From positions 13,392,001 to 13,456,000 of the forward strand of contig JBHGNT010000016.1 in the NCBI GenBank assembly GCA_043228905.1: a stretch of 64,000 nt of DNA, given 5' to 3'. The translations under genes were made by a program, and so were the position numbers. The DNA is from Azolla caroliniana (Eukaryota > Plantae > Polypodiophyta). The notes beneath the pieces are model-generated. The model saw only the letters and a program-made list of their open reading frames with translations. It was not told where the DNA came from and searched no databases. Below are positions 60,385 to 64,000 of the stretch, piece after piece (within the stretch, counting starts at the first letter, position 1; every line of letters begins with the position of its first letter).

Positions 60385-61970
60385 AAGAAAAAAAGAAAGA
60401 AAGATATATTAACGTCTTCTAAGGCCAAATTTGGCCCATGAGACAAATGGTTTACAAAAAATGGGATATTTACCCATTCATCGTTCAAAGTAAAAAATCA
60501 AAATAAGATAAAAAATAGTTCTAAAAAAACATGTTCTACAATGAAAAGATGTTATACTAGGCCTAATTTCATTTCCATCCCCGTCTCTTGAAGAGAAGCG
60601 GTAGGTCAAAGCGTTGCGATGTGGATGTGGCCCGTAGTCCCAATGTAAAAGGTACCCCAACCATAGCTTCTATTAGACGTAGCTCACGTTCCCTTATCTT
60701 CTTAATATTTTCTACTCCACGTCGACTTGTTTTGAAGCCCAACATCCGAGGGAGTTTGGTTATTCTTTGTATTTCTGTTTCCTCAAGGGAGAGGCCGAGC
60801 AGCGTAAGTGTATCCACATTCATCGTCTTCCCTTGTTCCTAAAAAATTACACTAGTTACATGTTGATGAATAGTAAAAGGGTTATGATTAACACTTTGTA
60901 ATTTATTCTCCCTATGTTGTTTTAGCTCTAAGATATACCTACCTAGTCTTTTTACACTCGGGGTATCCAATAGTTTGGAGAGGGTGGGAGAGGGTGTCCT
61001 AATATGTCTTGGTATTCCACCCGTATCTCGGCATAAGTTGGGCACTTGCATGTGAAGTGATACTCATCCTCTATCTCTATGTGACATAACCTACATAGCC
61101 TTTCCTCTCTAGGGACTCTATTAGCTCGACCATTCTCAATCTCAAGTTGGTGAGATGATATCCTAAGTTGTCCAATGGCCATCCTTAGTGCATTTGATAA
61201 GAATTTATCTAGATATGTTGGTCATGTAATTAAACCTAACTCAGAGAAGTGTAAGAAATGTTCCTTATAGTACAACATTTTAGATGGGAGTGGCTCTCCT
61301 AGGGTGATCCATTTAAATCGAGTGTAAATTTGCCATATTTCTTGGCGTATCACTTTATTACGGTCTCATGAGAGATTAAAGTTTGATTAGTCCCATGGTT
61401 GTACTTTAGGGGAAGTAGGGTATTAATGTCTATGCCGTTTGCAAGTAACCAACTCACCATAATGTTATACCAAGAGCTAGTGTCTCCAGATGCATGTAGG
61501 GATTGGGATGCCTCAAAGGCTTGATGGGATATCCTATCTTGTGGTTGGCTATGTATCCGATAAATAAAAACTACCATTTGAAAGAGTACTTCTACTAACA
61601 TCGAGGGTAGGCTAAACTTTGCTCTAATAATGTCATGTGGTACTGTCGATTTGCTTCGTAGTTGACATGATAACATCGTCCCCAAAGGTCTCTCTAATTG
61701 CGTCCACATGAAGGATGGTAGACCTGGAGCCCATACTACTGATGCATACATGAGGGAAGGGGTCACTAATGAGTCGAAGAGCCATCCCTTAGTCCGTGGC
61801 TCTTGAAAGTATGCTTGGTGGCATTGTTTCTCTAAGCGTGAGAGGGATGCATACCCTCTCGTTAGCCTATCTTTGGCTGCTTGGGTCATCGAGAATTTAC
61901 CCGAGCAAGCACTAAAAGTGACTCCCAAGTATACATATGATCCCACTACCTCAACTAGTTTATGAGAGAG
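60385..61970 (-). mobile_element. 5'-truncated, degenerate copy of the 14284 LINE inserted into an LTR
   Basis: Matches 14284-15911. The host LTR site atgagagagtc (compare 57430) is split, with ATGAGA duplicated. Confidence 0.93.
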
Positions 61971-63403
61971 TCTTAGCAATCCATGTTTTTTCTCTAACTA
62001 TAGACTATATGCTTTCTCTATCATGTTTCTTCTAAAAGTGATCATGCTTTTTCTAACCTCATGCGTTTTTATCGACTATAGTGCTCATGCATGCTAAATG
62101 TGCATGTGTTGCTTTTTTGAATCCTGCGTTTTTATTCTAACTAAAGCTTTTTCCTAGAAAATATGCGTGAAATAACCTTTCTATGTGGGATATCTGCTTT
62201 TCTAATACTCATGATGTGTTAATGTAGTGGTTAAGACTTTAAAATATTAACATGGAGGTGCAAGGGTTGAATCTTGCCCTATCCATGTAACATGTATTCT
62301 CATATTCTCTTCGTTTTCTTCATATTCATTAAATTGGGTACTTTATACGTTTTTCACGTAGTGTACGAAATACATTACAACACCGTAACTCATCTTGTAC
62401 CTTTCAAAATTCTTTCTTCATTACTCTGGCTACGACCGTGTATGTACATGCCCCATCCGAACCGATTTGTGCTTGTTTTGCTCTGAGAGTTTTCTTCCTG
62501 TGTGGGGTATCAGGGTTTCTTCGACTATTACTTCCCCACTCCGTAACAGTCCACTTTAAAAATCCGTTTTTGTTTGGGACAAGAGCTCTCTCTTGTTCCT
62601 TTCGTGATTTGATGGCACGGTTCAGAATTGGACGGTTTTCCCTCCGCTTTGGCTCCGAATTCGTGCAAAAGCCACTCCGCTATCTAGCACCTTTGTCTCC
62701 TTCCGTGAAGGCATGATAAAGGGTGGTCCGAGGATCATGGAGTGTGAGACCTCATCTTACACGAAGAAATTTTGGTCAATCTCAACATCTCTGATCTTCA
62801 CCGTCACATCCGGACAAGCCGTAAATAAATCTTCCGTTGTTTAAGTGGCTGCCCGGATCTTCCTTCCATGATTGGTGTTAATTGGCCACTTCCCCTTTCG
62901 GTAGAACTCCTTGGACATCAAATTGATCTCCGATCCATGATAATAAATGTTAGTAGGTGTTAATAAATGTTAGTACGGGTTCTTTGATGTTTCCGATTCG
63001 GACCGGAATCTCCGTAGTTGCGCGTGCCCAGTGTGGCCTTGTGTAGTGGGAATTCGGAATTTCATCCTCCACTTCAGTGTCATTCATTAGAACGGTATTT
63101 GCATTCACCCTTGGAGCATTTTCCTCTTTATTTTGTCTTTTTCTCCTCAGAAGATCCACAAGAAGATCGTGGAACTCCTTCTTCACTATTCCAAGTAATT
63201 CCCAAAGCAAAAAATCTACCCGACTATCGAGGATTCTGTCCTCGAACACCTTTTTTTAAGTCCCTTCGTTGCTCGGTGTCCGATATGAGTTTGAATGCCG
63301 GAATTGTTTTTCCTTTCCCCTTCCCTTCGGAGTTCCACCTCTCCGGTGTCTTTGATGGTTTGGCCGCATCATCCGTGCGCTGTCGTTTCGCATCTACATA
63401 CAC

Positions 63404-64000
63404 TGTTGTAGACAGGGGCCGTCAATGCGGAAGATCAAGAAGCATTCGATTCTTGTTGAGAGTACCTACGTATGACTGTTTGCAAGATCGTGCACACAGA
63501 TAGAGAGAGAGAGAGAGAGACACACACACAAAAGAGTCTTTCTATTCAATAGAAGAAAAAAATACAACCAACCTTACAAAAAGGTTACAAGGTCACTATA
63601 TATAGTGACCGACTTAGGGCAACTCCCATTTATGCTAATTACACAAATGGCCCAAACTTGAGCTATACAAAGGGATAGTGTGAATACGTCCATTATACAC
63701 TTGTATTCGACACTCCCCCGTAATGGGCGTATACATGGGTTATCTAAGAATACAGGTATAAAGCTAGGTTCTCGGACATATCAGTTTTGTTCGAGTCGGC
63801 AGGGTCCGAAGGCAGAAGACCGGACTGGTCGGGTCAGAAGAGTTGAAGCAGATCATTAAGGAACTGATGTCGGTTGTCCGAAACCATCCTGCGCTGTGTC
63901 CGGCTCTAACCGGACTGGTTTGTCGTTACGCCCATCTGATGCCGAAGGGACCGAAAGCGGTCTGCCGAAAGACACTTGGTCATTCCATCTACGACATTGT
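63404..64000 (-). mobile_element. 3' end of another copia lineage: 3' LTR 63404-63712, PPT and RNase H C-terminus
   Basis: TG..CA LTR, gggggag PPT on the minus strand, and translation NVVDGMTKCLSADRFRSLRHQMGV at the window end. Confidence 0.85.

Larger units (their letters stand above)
57048..62382 (-). mobile_element. Non-autonomous gag-only LTR element of the Trp-gypsy family; LTRs 57048-57850 and 60000-62382 (interrupted by a LINE), 4-bp TSD CCAT/CCGT
   Basis: Trp PBS, PPT at 57851-57862, gag N-terminus homologous to 21636-21920, and no pol motifs in the 2.1 kb internal region. Confidence 0.88.
46269..63403 (-). mobile_element. Trp-family gypsy split by nested insertions; 3' LTR 46269-47983, internal pieces 47984-48782, 49251-49662, 54887-57047, 62383-63403
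   Basis: Colinear homology with 22430-27624 resumes after each insertion. PPT at 47984-47995. Confidence 0.92.

Noticed and set aside
323-64000. Numerous 60-180 aa antisense or overlapping ORFs, including possible env-like genes
   Set aside because: They lie opposite or out of frame to recognisable TE domains, or within LTR microsatellites, and show no independent motifs.

Overview
Eukaryotic, transposon-saturated plant genomic DNA. A non-seed land plant such as a moss, liverwort, lycophyte or fern is likely; this is inferred from the Tcn1-type chromoviruses and the RTE-X-like LINE. There is one intact host gene, a 2-exon G-type lectin S-domain receptor-like kinase (minus, 14077-10896). Everything else is nested mobile DNA: several Ty1/copia elements (tRNA-iMet PBS), two Tcn1-like chromodomain Ty3/gypsy elements, a tRNA-Trp-primed non-chromoviral gypsy family (autonomous, degenerate and gag-only copies), one apparently intact LINE plus a 5'-truncated copy, a hAT MITE and a solo LTR. 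The most notable signals are: (1) LINE ORF1 and ORF2 are in frame, separated by a single UGA-CGG, with no AUG ahead of the endonuclease domain; (2) a tRNA-like A-box/B-box module sits antisense in U3 of two unrelated gypsy LTR families; (3) Tf1-type self-priming is supported by co-varying PBS and LTR sequences; (4) both gypsy families carry -1 frameshift signals. Coordinates were read by eye and may be off by a few bases.
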